From NCBI GenBank assembly GCA_001464455.1, contig LNEI01000018.1, forward strand, positions 411,343 through 475,342: 64,000 nt of DNA, given 5' to 3'. The notes under the pieces were generated by a model that had not been told where the DNA came from, made no database searches, and saw nothing but the letters and a program-made list of their open reading frames with translations. The stretch's first letter is position 1. The number at the start of each line of letters is the position of its first letter. Origin of the DNA: Acidobacteria bacterium Ga0077534 (GTDB lineage Bacteria; Acidobacteriota; Blastocatellia; Pyrinomonadales; Pyrinomonadaceae). Made by a program: the position numbers and the translations under genes. This document shows positions 28,888 to 40,714 of the stretch, piece by piece.

Positions 28888-29937
28888 ATGAGAATTAAAT
28901 TGTTTTCGACAGCCACTCTGGCGGTACTTTTGTTCAATGTTGCGGCCTTTTCGGTGGGCGATGCTCGTTCTGCACGGATAAAGAAAGCTGAGGTTTCGCG
29001 GCTCGTAGCAATGCTTCCGGCTTCCGACGGCGTGGTGGTGTTTGATTCAAAGCGTTTTGTAAACGACGCTTTGCCAAAGATCCTTTCATCAAATCAAACG
29101 ATGCTCACCGAGGTGATGGCAAAGATCACCGAAATGGAGACGACAACCGGCATCGACCTCAAGAAATTTGACCAGCTCGCGGTCGGCGTTGCTATCAAAA
29201 AGATCTCGGCAAAAGAGTATGATTTCGAGCCAGTCGCTCTCGCAAATGGCGATATAAACTCGGGAGCCTTGATCTCCGTCGCGAAACTTGCCTCGAAAGG
29301 CACCTACCGTGAAGAAAAGATCGGCGAAAAAACTGTCTATATTTTCGCAGCGAAGGACCTCATCGAAAAGAATGCAAAGCCGGCTAATTCCGCGGTCGCC
29401 GGCATGCTCGACAAGGGTTTGAAGGGCATGGCGAAGGACGTCGCGGTAGCAGCGATTGATAAAAACACGATCGCGATCGGGTCGGTACCGCGTATTCGAC
29501 AGACCATCGCAGGCGGCACCAGGATCGGAGCTGATGTGACGTCGCTATTATCAGTAAAAGAGACCTCGGTGATGAGTTTCGCGATGAAGTCGCCCGGCGG
29601 CATGGCGTCGCTGCTTCCGCTCGACAATGACGAACTTGGAGCCAATATCGATGCTATAGATTATCTCGCCGGCTCGATGGATGTCGCAGCGACCGGAACC
29701 ACGCTCGGCGTCATCGCCCGAACCAAAAAGACCGAGCAGGCACAAGGCCTGAAAGACACGCTCGACGGCCTGAAGATGGTGGGCGGAGCGATCTTCGGCG
29801 GCTCAAAACGAGCAGATCAACAGATCTACGGCCGACTGATCAAAAATGCCAAAGTTGATCTGCGAGGCAATGATGTTTCCCTCGACCTGACCATCGCCCA
29901 AACGGATATCGATGGGCTGATCGGCGGGATAAAGTAG
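28888..29937 (+). CDS. hypothetical secreted protein
   Basis: 349 aa with signal peptide MRIKLFSTATLAVLLFNVAAFS. Coding-like composition, no recognised domain. Confidence 0.55.
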   Translation: MRIKLFSTATLAVLLFNVAAFSVGDARSARIKKAEVSRLVAMLPASDGVVVFDSKRFVNDALPKILSSNQTMLTEVMAKITEMETTTGIDLKKFDQLAVGVAIKKISAKEYDFEPVALANGDINSGALISVAKLASKGTYREEKIGEKTVYIFAAKDLIEKNAKPANSAVAGMLDKGLKGMAKDVAVAAIDKNTIAIGSVPRIRQTIAGGTRIGADVTSLLSVKETSVMSFAMKSPGGMASLLPLDNDELGANIDAIDYLAGSMDVAATGTTLGVIARTKKTEQAQGLKDTLDGLKMVGGAIFGGSKRADQQIYGRLIKNAKVDLRGNDVSLDLTIAQTDIDGLIGGIK

Positions 29938-30047
29938 CTTCGGTTCGCAGTTGCGACGAGCCTTAGCTGGCGCGTTCAAATGGGTGGCGAAGAGGCTTTA
30001 GCAAAACGGATAAGTTGTGCTGAAGCCTTTTCTCTCGATTGGGCTTT

Positions 30048-30935
30048 TCAGCGTCGTCTCCGGAAACCGCCGCTTCCCTGCCTCGCAAACTGCTCGAGAT
30101 CACGATTGAACCCGCCATCCGGGCCGAGGAGCGGGAAAAGCTGGAGATCGCTTGAAAGATATGCGGCGCGAAGCTCGACCGGGCGTGGGCCGGCTTTTAT
30201 GACGCGGACTCGTGTCCCGCGGATCTCTTCGATCCACGAGGCGAATTCCTGAGCTTTTCCGACCGTAGCCGATAGAAGCAAGAGCCGGATTCGCGGCGGC
30301 GAGAGGATTATCGCCTCTTCCCAGACATGGCCGCGTTCTTCGTCTGAGAGGTAATGGGCTTCGTCGAGAATGACGAGATCGGCCTCGACCTGGCCGCCTT
30401 CGCGCAGGGCGTCGAAGAGTTGGTTTCGATAGATCTCGGTCGTTCCGACGATGATCGGGGCGTCGCTGTTTTCTTTGCGGTCGCCGGTCAGGATGCCGAC
30501 ATTTTCGGCACCGAACTCGAGCTGGAATTCGGCATATTTTGAATTCGTGAGGGCTTTCAACGGTGTGGTGTACCATGACCGCTTGCCCTGCTCGAGCAGT
30601 CGACGGATCTCCTCGCGGGCGATCCATGTTTTGCCGCTGCCGGTCGGAGCCGTGACGAGAACGTCCTCAGTCTCGATCGCCGAGAGGGCTTCGAGTTGAA
30701 ACGGATCGGGCTTGAAGGGCTTTGGCTCGGGCACGCCCAGGCCGCTCAAAAGCTTTTCAACGGCCTTAAGCTGTGCCAAAGTCTGAGCTTGAGGCGGCCG
30801 ACTCATTGAACTTTTGCCGTACTTATCTCGTTTATCTCTGTGCTCGCCCTGTGGACGGGAATGTCCGGATGAGGATCTTCGGCGACGGTTGCGGTCAGGT
30901 CTTCGCGGCATGGTGGAGATATTAGCACGTTTCAC
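30048..30935 (-). CDS. Ski2/HelY-like SF2 helicase, N-terminal half only (RecA1); fragment of a split gene
   Basis: 295 aa. Motif I APTGSGKTW, Ia TTPLKALTNSKY, Ib GTTEIYRN, II LDEAHYL (DEAH), III LLSATVG, then RPVEL. It stops directly after GSGGFRRRR, and motifs IV-VI are missing. They are found at 500..1795 on the plus strand. Confidence 0.8.
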   Translation of the reverse strand: MKRANISTMPRRPDRNRRRRSSSGHSRPQGEHRDKRDKYGKSSMSRPPQAQTLAQLKAVEKLLSGLGVPEPKPFKPDPFQLEALSAIETEDVLVTAPTGSGKTWIAREEIRRLLEQGKRSWYTTPLKALTNSKYAEFQLEFGAENVGILTGDRKENSDAPIIVGTTEIYRNQLFDALREGGQVEADLVILDEAHYLSDEERGHVWEEAIILSPPRIRLLLLSATVGKAQEFASWIEEIRGTRVRVIKAGPRPVELRAAYLSSDLQLFPLLGPDGGFNRDLEQFARQGSGGFRRRR

Positions 30936-31144
30936 CAGATCTCCTCGCGAGACCTTGTGGTAAACACAGAATTTTTTCGCAAAGTTAGCTATGACAGCAA
31001 AGGAAGGCCAGGACGAAAACTATTCCTTTCAATCGGCTTAACTTGGTGTTAAAATGCCAGATTGCCTGCAACATTTGTAGCGGGCTGTGCGTCTAAGTTT
31101 GGGACAAAAGTTATTAGGCTTAGGTACGCAGGATTTATACAGTT

Positions 31145-32521
31145 ATGTTTGAGCAGTCATTATACGAACAGCCGCAAATGCCGACGCAAACCGACGACGA
31201 AAAGCTGTTTGAGAACTACGAGATCCGAACGTGGGATGTCAGTTCGCGCATTTATAAGATATTAGGGATTTCAGCGATCGCGAACGTTCTCGCGGTTGCC
31301 GTTATCGCCCAGACTTCCCTGCTGACGATGAAGGGCTGCGACAGCCCCCTGGTCGGCCGCGTTTGCTCGGTTTTGGACACGGTCTACGTTAGCAGCATGC
31401 TCTTTGGGACTGATCGCGAATACATCGATGCGGCATACGATCAGACGAAGATCGACGACATGGAAGTGACGTTTATCGATGTAAGCAATGTAGACCCGGG
31501 CCTGAATTACCCGGAAAGCTTTGTCGATGCTACTACGGGTGCGACCGTGCCGATGCTGCCTCGTTTTGCGGTCCAGGACCCGATGCTCGCGATGAACAAC
31601 GGCATGCCGGACATCGACCTCGGCAGCATGCCGAATCAGTTCCCGATGCCGACCACCGGCGGAAGCTTGCTGGACACACCTCAAGTATTGCCGAAGGAAA
31701 ATCCGAACGTCATCAGCGGCGATCTGCCAAGCTTTAACAACGGCTCGACATCGACCTACACGCCGCCAAAACCGAGACGAACCCCAAGGCCTAAGAATCC
31801 GAACAATTTGCCTGATCTCGACGACAACGATGTCGCTGAGGCAAAACCATCGCCGACACCGACACCTGAAGCTCTGCCGACGCCGATGACCGATGCCGAC
31901 ATTAAAAATGTCCCGATCAACAAGCGGCCGCTGGTTGAGTTCGCCGACGGCGTCGCTGAGAAATGGGAAAGCAAGGAAGTCGATCTCAATCAACCGTTTA
32001 CGGTCGTATTGAACGGCGTCCTGGCGGCAGACGGCTCGCTAGACCCGAAAGCGTCTAAGTTTGACGTAGCTAAGCAGAAAGGCGATGAGAAAATGATAGA
32101 TGTGGGTAAGGCTGCTCTTGAAGCTCTCGGTAAGAGCGGTTATCTGACCTATCTCAAGAATCTAAACGTTGATAAATTCAACGCGACGCTCGTTCAGGAC
32201 GAGAACCAGATAACGGTTGTTATTTCATCGGCTCAAAAAACCCCTGAAGCTGCAAAGACAGTCGCCAGCGGACTCGGCGTCGCTATCTCAGTCGGAAAAC
32301 AGATCACTGACGACCCGAGCGACGAAAGAACGCTCCTCAATGGTGCAAAAGTCACGGCAGACGGCAAGAACTTTACGCTGAATTTTGCGATCCCGAAACC
32401 GATCGCTCAGGAAATGATCAATCGAAAGTTGAAAGAAGCCGCGATGAAACGTGCCGCCCAGCCTAAACCAAGCGGCACCAATCCGGCTCGTTCTGCGAAT
32501 ACTTCGGCAGCGTTAAAATAA
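31145..32521 (+). CDS. hypothetical membrane-anchored protein with Pro-rich linker
   Basis: 458 aa. One TM helix (ILGISAIANVLAVAVIAQ) and a PKPRRTPRPKNPNN...PSPTPTPEALPTP linker. No recognised domain. Confidence 0.55.
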   Translation: MFEQSLYEQPQMPTQTDDEKLFENYEIRTWDVSSRIYKILGISAIANVLAVAVIAQTSLLTMKGCDSPLVGRVCSVLDTVYVSSMLFGTDREYIDAAYDQTKIDDMEVTFIDVSNVDPGLNYPESFVDATTGATVPMLPRFAVQDPMLAMNNGMPDIDLGSMPNQFPMPTTGGSLLDTPQVLPKENPNVISGDLPSFNNGSTSTYTPPKPRRTPRPKNPNNLPDLDDNDVAEAKPSPTPTPEALPTPMTDADIKNVPINKRPLVEFADGVAEKWESKEVDLNQPFTVVLNGVLAADGSLDPKASKFDVAKQKGDEKMIDVGKAALEALGKSGYLTYLKNLNVDKFNATLVQDENQITVVISSAQKTPEAAKTVASGLGVAISVGKQITDDPSDERTLLNGAKVTADGKNFTLNFAIPKPIAQEMINRKLKEAAMKRAAQPKPSGTNPARSANTSAALK

Positions 32522-32524
32522 GAT

Positions 32525-33256
32525 TTGAGTAAACAAAAAGCACAAAATCCGATCCTTGTCATCGCGACACTCGGCGTCTACTTCGGGCTTATCATGTCCG
32601 GGGCGGCGCCGTCGGTGTTGGCGAATGCGGCTCTGACGCGGCCGTTTGACGTAAAGGATGAGATCGAACTGCTTGATGATCTCGACACCAAACCGGACGA
32701 CGAACGCTCGCCAATTACGGCATCTGTCCAGATTTACCCTGAAGATGTTGAGTATTTTCTCGCAAGTCTTGCGAGGCTAAATAAAGATCGCCGGTTCGAT
32801 CCGCGTGCTGACACGTACCACGTCGCTCAAAACACGTCGCTCCCCTATATCGACGGCAACAGGGCCGGACGTTTTACGCCCATCAGTTTTGAAACCTCGA
32901 ACCTTTCGTCGAAGTCGGCTCTCGAGTACTTCAGCCGCGGAATGGTTTATGGGTATTCGCTCGGTGACTGCTTTGCGACGCGGGAATTTGACATCTCGGT
33001 GGCGGAATCAAAATTCGCTTTCTCACTCGATGGCAAGGCCCGGACGGTCAATGTCTCGGTGAAAAAAGATTCGAACGTGCGGGCCATCGACCTCGCTCGC
33101 GATCTAGAAACGACCGCAGAACTTTACTCCGCGAAGGCCAGCAGTAAGCTCAGTCAGGCGGTCATCCGCAATACACGATTCATCTCCAAAGACGACCAGG
33201 TGATGGTCGTTACACGCCTTCCTCGTGCCGGGCTCATTTCGCTGCTTAGCGTCTAG
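32525..33256 (+). CDS. hypothetical membrane-anchored protein
   Basis: TTG start 4 nt after the preceding stop. One N-terminal TM helix (ILVIATLGVYFGLIMSGAAP). Confidence 0.5.
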   Translation: MSKQKAQNPILVIATLGVYFGLIMSGAAPSVLANAALTRPFDVKDEIELLDDLDTKPDDERSPITASVQIYPEDVEYFLASLARLNKDRRFDPRADTYHVAQNTSLPYIDGNRAGRFTPISFETSNLSSKSALEYFSRGMVYGYSLGDCFATREFDISVAESKFAFSLDGKARTVNVSVKKDSNVRAIDLARDLETTAELYSAKASSKLSQAVIRNTRFISKDDQVMVVTRLPRAGLISLLSV

Positions 33257-33368
33257 CTTAAGCGGCGAGAAACTTCCTCGCCATTTCCATTAACCGATAA
33301 AATTCAGGCGTTTGTTACGCCGGAAGAGTTGCACGCGTAAACGAGTTGCTCTTACCAGAGAGGGAATC

Positions 33369-36176
<2,808 letters not shown>

Positions 36177-36180
36177 ACAC

Positions 36181-36726
36181 ATGAAAGGTAGACGACCTTT
36201 TCTTAGTTTGGGATTGATTTTCCTTTTCCTTGGCTCGACGTTGGCTCAGTCGAACCTTGACGAAGGGATAGCGTTGTATCAATCAAAAGAGTTTGAGCGA
36301 GGATCACAGACTCTAATCGAGGCGACCAAACTCGATAATAAGGATGCCGTTGCGTGGTTGTACTTAGGGGCATCCTACCTACAAATGGGAAAAGAAAAGG
36401 ATGCACTTAAGGCCTTTCGAAAAGGTAAAGTTCGAAAAAAGGATGAGCTAGGCGGAAATGCGTATCGGGCCGAAATCATCGAAAGACCCCGGCCAAGGTA
36501 TACCGATCTTGCGAGAGCAAATAAGACCACCGGAACGGTTCGACTCGCCGTAGAATTAAAGGCTGATGGTAGTATCGGGTTTGTATTCGTGATTCAAGCT
36601 TTGCCGAATGGTTTGACAGAATACTCCATAGCTGCAGCAAGGGCAATTAAATTTAGGCCGCCCTTGAAACAGAACAGGCCTGTGACGACGATCGAATTAA
36701 TTGAGAACGTGTTTGAGATCCGTTGA
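36181..36726 (+). CDS. TonB C-terminal-domain protein with N-terminal TPR-like segment
   Basis: ATG at 36181 inside track ORF 35818..36726. Signal peptide MKGRRPFLSLGLIFLFLGSTLAQS. The TonB_C-like block is PRPRYTDLARANKTTGTVRLAVELKADGSI...AAARAIKFRP. Confidence 0.65.
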   Translation: MKGRRPFLSLGLIFLFLGSTLAQSNLDEGIALYQSKEFERGSQTLIEATKLDNKDAVAWLYLGASYLQMGKEKDALKAFRKGKVRKKDELGGNAYRAEIIERPRPRYTDLARANKTTGTVRLAVELKADGSIGFVFVIQALPNGLTEYSIAAARAIKFRPPLKQNRPVTTIELIENVFEIR

Positions 36727-37182
36727 GTGCAGAAAAATACATAACATGCGGGAAAGATCGGTTTTTTCTGGTCTTGCTTTTTTGTGCTCTTTTTGAAGCA
36801 TGAGGTTTACGCGACAATCTCCCACATTTGTGAACGCCCAGAAGCTGGCCTTCATATGGGCTCGGTACGCGGCGACGTTTTGCCCGCCGATTCCCTTCTT
36901 CGATAATCGACTCAGTCAAGTCCGACATAATAACCCTCTTGGCCGTCGCTCACATGAGTCATAGATGAATATTATGGGGCCAGTCATCGTGGCGAAAATT
37001 AATGGAGATTTTCGTTAGGAGTTTCCAAAACCTAGTGAGGCAGCCTTTAAATTTCCCGAGGTTTTATATTCCGGAACATAATTCCTACACAAATTTATTG
37101 AACCCGTGCAAGGTAGCTTGAATAGCCGCGTTCAAGCTCTGACAGACAAAATTTTTAACGCCGTATGGCGTCGGAGGTGTGA

Positions 37183-39153
37183 ATGATGAGAAAGATTTTT
37201 GCGATCGGGTTAGTGGTTCTGATCACGGGTATTTTTGGATATTCGTTTTCTAGTTATTTTCTGCGGGCTTCGATGAACGATCCGGCGGTTGAGCCGGAGG
37301 TTGCGGAGGTTAGTAAACCGGAGAAGACGATGAAACCGTTTGTCTCTGAAGATGCTCTGAAGGAGCATTTCAAAAAGATCGCCGAAAAGCAGCAGCGTGA
37401 CCGGCGTGAGATGCAAAAATCGGCGAGCAATACAGCCGGACTGAGCCAGCCATCGCCTGCTTCGTCGATGGCCGATAGCGTGTCAACAAAGGCCGAAGAA
37501 TCGAAATCGAGCAAGGACGACGAAAGCATAACGAACAATCAGCACGCCGGCGTTGACGAGGGCGGGATCGTGAAGGTTCATGGCGATCACCTTGTGATTC
37601 TGCGTCGCGGGCGTTTGTTTACGGTAAAGGTCGGCTCGAATTCGCTCGCTCCGGTTTCGTCGGTCAATGCCTACGCTCCGGGAGTGAATCCATCGAACGA
37701 CTGGTACGACGAGATGCTCGTTTCGAAGAATACTGTTGTCGTCATCGGCTATTCATACGGCCGCGGCGGGACGGAGATAAATCTTTTTGACATCAATGGC
37801 GGGAGCCTAAAGTTCCGGTCGAGCTATCATTTAAAATCGAACGATTACTACTCGTCGCGAAACTACGCGAGCCGTCTTATCGGCGATAAGCTTGTGTTTT
37901 ACACGCCGCAGTACATTGGCTACGGCGATCCGACATCGCAATTCCCCGCCGTCAGAAAATGGCATAAGGGTGCGACGAATGACGAATTCAAGAAGATCGT
38001 GTCGGCAACCCGTGTCTACCGTTCACCTCGCAGCGAGGAATCTGCGAATTCTTCGTCCGCTCTACACACCGTAACCGTTTGCGATCTTGCCTCGAAAGAT
38101 ATGCAGTGCGAAGGCACCGCGATCCTTGGCTCGCCGGGCCGTATCTTTTACGTTTCTGCGAAGTCGGTCTATGTGTGGACAAGCGAATGGGATCGTCTCG
38201 GAGGCGACACCACCACTAGTTCCATGGTTTACAGCATGCCTCTTGACGGTTCGGCACCGAGTGCTCTGGGCGTTTCGGGCGTGCCGATCGACCAGTTCTC
38301 TTTTCTCGAAAGTGATGACCAGCACTTGAATGTACTTGTCCGCAGCCAAGGTAATGGCGAGCAAATGTGGGGCTCGGAGCGAACAGCGGGCGACGTCGCA
38401 TTATTCCGCACCTCGCTCGACGCATTCAATGACGGCAGCGTGTCGGCTTCGCGTGAAAGCTACAGGAATCTACCAAACGTCGAAGGCTACACGATGCAGA
38501 ATCGCTTTGTGGGCGACCACATTTTGTACGGTGCGGGCAACGGATGGGGCCGACAGAAAAACACGGACGGTGCAAATCTATACGCCGTCAACTGGAAAAC
38601 CGGCGGAACGAGCAGCTTGTACCTTGATCATTCAGTCGACCGTATCGAGCAGATGGGCGGCGACGCAGTCATCGTCGGCACGAACGGAGCTGACCTTTAT
38701 TTTTCGCCGATCGATCTGAGCCGAATGCCGAGCGTCAAACCGAGCTTTATTCGAAAGAATGCCTCGCAGGGCGAGCTTAGGAGCCACGGATTCTTTTACA
38801 AACCTGACGGTAACGAAAGCGGCATTCTCGGTCTGCCCATAGCACGCTCGGGCCGTTCCGGATATCGGCACTTGGTTGAAGGTTCAGCCGCCGTCGTTTT
38901 TATCCGCAACCGCGACATGCACCTAAAAGAAGTCGGCGAACTTGAAGCCAAGAACATCTCGACAGCCGATAACTGTAGGGCCTCTTGCGTCGACTGGTAC
39001 GGCAACGCCCGCCCGATCTTCCTCCGAGGTCGAGTGTTTGCACTGCTTGGCTACGAACTAGTCGAGGGCCGTCTAGACGACGAACGAATGCGGGAAGTCC
39101 GGCGTGTCAACTATTCGCCCGGAATGCGTATGGTTGAAATGACAGAGGAGTAA
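37183..39153 (+). CDS. secreted beta-propeller domain protein (PF09826-like)
   Basis: 656 aa. N-terminal TM/signal segment, Ser/Lys-rich linker, then NNQHAGVDEGGIVKVHGDHLVIL, typical of the Beta_propel family as I recall it. Confidence 0.55.
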   Translation: MMRKIFAIGLVVLITGIFGYSFSSYFLRASMNDPAVEPEVAEVSKPEKTMKPFVSEDALKEHFKKIAEKQQRDRREMQKSASNTAGLSQPSPASSMADSVSTKAEESKSSKDDESITNNQHAGVDEGGIVKVHGDHLVILRRGRLFTVKVGSNSLAPVSSVNAYAPGVNPSNDWYDEMLVSKNTVVVIGYSYGRGGTEINLFDINGGSLKFRSSYHLKSNDYYSSRNYASRLIGDKLVFYTPQYIGYGDPTSQFPAVRKWHKGATNDEFKKIVSATRVYRSPRSEESANSSSALHTVTVCDLASKDMQCEGTAILGSPGRIFYVSAKSVYVWTSEWDRLGGDTTTSSMVYSMPLDGSAPSALGVSGVPIDQFSFLESDDQHLNVLVRSQGNGEQMWGSERTAGDVALFRTSLDAFNDGSVSASRESYRNLPNVEGYTMQNRFVGDHILYGAGNGWGRQKNTDGANLYAVNWKTGGTSSLYLDHSVDRIEQMGGDAVIVGTNGADLYFSPIDLSRMPSVKPSFIRKNASQGELRSHGFFYKPDGNESGILGLPIARSGRSGYRHLVEGSAAVVFIRNRDMHLKEVGELEAKNISTADNCRASCVDWYGNARPIFLRGRVFALLGYELVEGRLDDERMREVRRVNYSPGMRMVEMTEE

Positions 39154-39163
39154 CAGATTCAAT

Positions 39164-39195
39164 TGGACCGCAAACTCAGGGTTTGCGGTCCTTTT
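39164..39195. terminator. bidirectional rho-independent terminator
   Basis: GGACCGCAAAC-tcagg-GTTTGCGGTCC followed by TTTTT. It lies between the convergent genes ending at 39153 and 39199. Confidence 0.8.
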
Positions 39196-39198
39196 TGA

Positions 39199-40467
39199 TC
39201 ACTTCAGCTTTTTCAAGCTCCCACCTGCGCTGATCTGGCGGTTACCGGCAGCTTTTTCCATTTGAGTCATCGCCCGCAGGAGATTCTCGCCGAGAACTTT
39301 TCTTATCTCGGTTTCGGTATAACCGCGGCGTAGCATTTCGTAGGTGACAAGTGCCAGGTCTTCGGCACCTTGCATTGGTTTAGGGAGAAATGGCACGCCG
39401 TCATAGTCTGAACCAATTCCCGCGTGGTCGATACCGGCTACCTTCTTGATGTGGTCGATGTGGTCGACTATTCGCTTGTAATCGGCGATGTAGATCGGAT
39501 TTGCGGCCATTAGGTCGTTCTCGGCTTTGACGAAAGCGGCGTTGTCGTCTTTGTATTTTTCGCGAAGGGCATCAACCTGCGGTTTGAGCCGAGCCGAGCG
39601 TTCGTTTTCTTCGCGATTGGTTCGCTCGTCAAGAAATGACGGATAGAAGACGACCATTATCACCCCTCCGTTCTGCGGCAGGCGCTTTAGGACGCTGTCG
39701 GAGACATTGCGGGTATGGTCGTTTACACCGCGAACTCCAGAGTGTGAAGCGATCAGGGGTGCCTTCGTGATGTCGAGCACGTCGTGCATAACCTTTTCCG
39801 ACACGTGCGAAATATCAACGAACATCCCGAGCCGATTCATTTCGCGAACCACCTCTTTGCCGAAGTCGGTCAAGCCGTTGTGTTTAATATCGCGATGAGC
39901 ATCGGCCCAGGCAGTCGCGACGTTGTGGGTCAATGTCATGTAGCGAACGCCAAGGCGGTAAAAATTCCGCAGAGCGTATAGCGAATTTTCGATCGCGTAG
40001 CCCCCTTCTATGCCCATCAAAAAGCATATCTTGCCGCCCTTCTTTGCCTGCCGTATCTCGTTGGCGGTCGTGCACGTGACGATATCCTCGTGCCGCTCGG
40101 CCTCGCGATTTGTGGCATCGATCAGATCCATTGCCCGGCGCATAGAGCCGCCGGTTGCGAGCGTCGAGCCGGAAACGTATATCGACATAAACTCACCCGT
40201 TATCCCGCTTTTCTTCAACCGCGAAAGATCGGTATGTATCGGGTCACCACCAAGTTGGATCATCCCGCGCGTATCGGTGGCTAAATTAAGATCCTGGTCG
40301 ACCATCGGTCCGGTTATATCGTTGTGACCATCGATAATGATCGCTTTCTTATGAATGTTAAGAGCTCGAGCCCAGAGTTTCGGATCTGCCCCTTCCGGCA
40401 TGGTTTGAGAAAAAGCAGAAAAAGAAAGAACCAGAAGCAAAGCCGATGCAAGATATGTCATTTTCAT
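39199..40467 (-). CDS. membrane dipeptidase (peptidase family M19)
   Basis: Signal peptide. IIDGHNDI, LTHN and ASHSG motifs match the renal-dipeptidase family. Confidence 0.85.
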   Translation of the reverse strand: MKMTYLASALLLVLSFSAFSQTMPEGADPKLWARALNIHKKAIIIDGHNDITGPMVDQDLNLATDTRGMIQLGGDPIHTDLSRLKKSGITGEFMSIYVSGSTLATGGSMRRAMDLIDATNREAERHEDIVTCTTANEIRQAKKGGKICFLMGIEGGYAIENSLYALRNFYRLGVRYMTLTHNVATAWADAHRDIKHNGLTDFGKEVVREMNRLGMFVDISHVSEKVMHDVLDITKAPLIASHSGVRGVNDHTRNVSDSVLKRLPQNGGVIMVVFYPSFLDERTNREENERSARLKPQVDALREKYKDDNAAFVKAENDLMAANPIYIADYKRIVDHIDHIKKVAGIDHAGIGSDYDGVPFLPKPMQGAEDLALVTYEMLRRGYTETEIRKVLGENLLRAMTQMEKAAGNRQISAGGSLKKLK

Positions 40468-40714
40468 AATGTTCCTATGATACTACCTACCAAAGGGGGT
40501 CGCCAGATAAACATATCGAACGAAAAAAGATTGCCAAACAATGTTTATTTGATGTTACAATATTGACGAGGCCGCATTGTGCCCTCCTGCCAGTGAATTG
40601 TCGCAAAAGATCTGCTTTCCGCTAAACTCATGTAAACAAGGCCTTTAGTTCTCTCCTCGTTCGATCTTCTACCTAGGTCCTAAGCCAGCGATACCCGCAC
40701 CTCAAAGTCAGGCT

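Noticed and set aside
30100-30627. 175-aa Arg-rich ORF on the minus strand in an alternative frame of the helicase N-terminal half
   Set aside because: It is an out-of-frame shadow of a gene with clear helicase motifs, and its composition is extreme in Arg and Pro.
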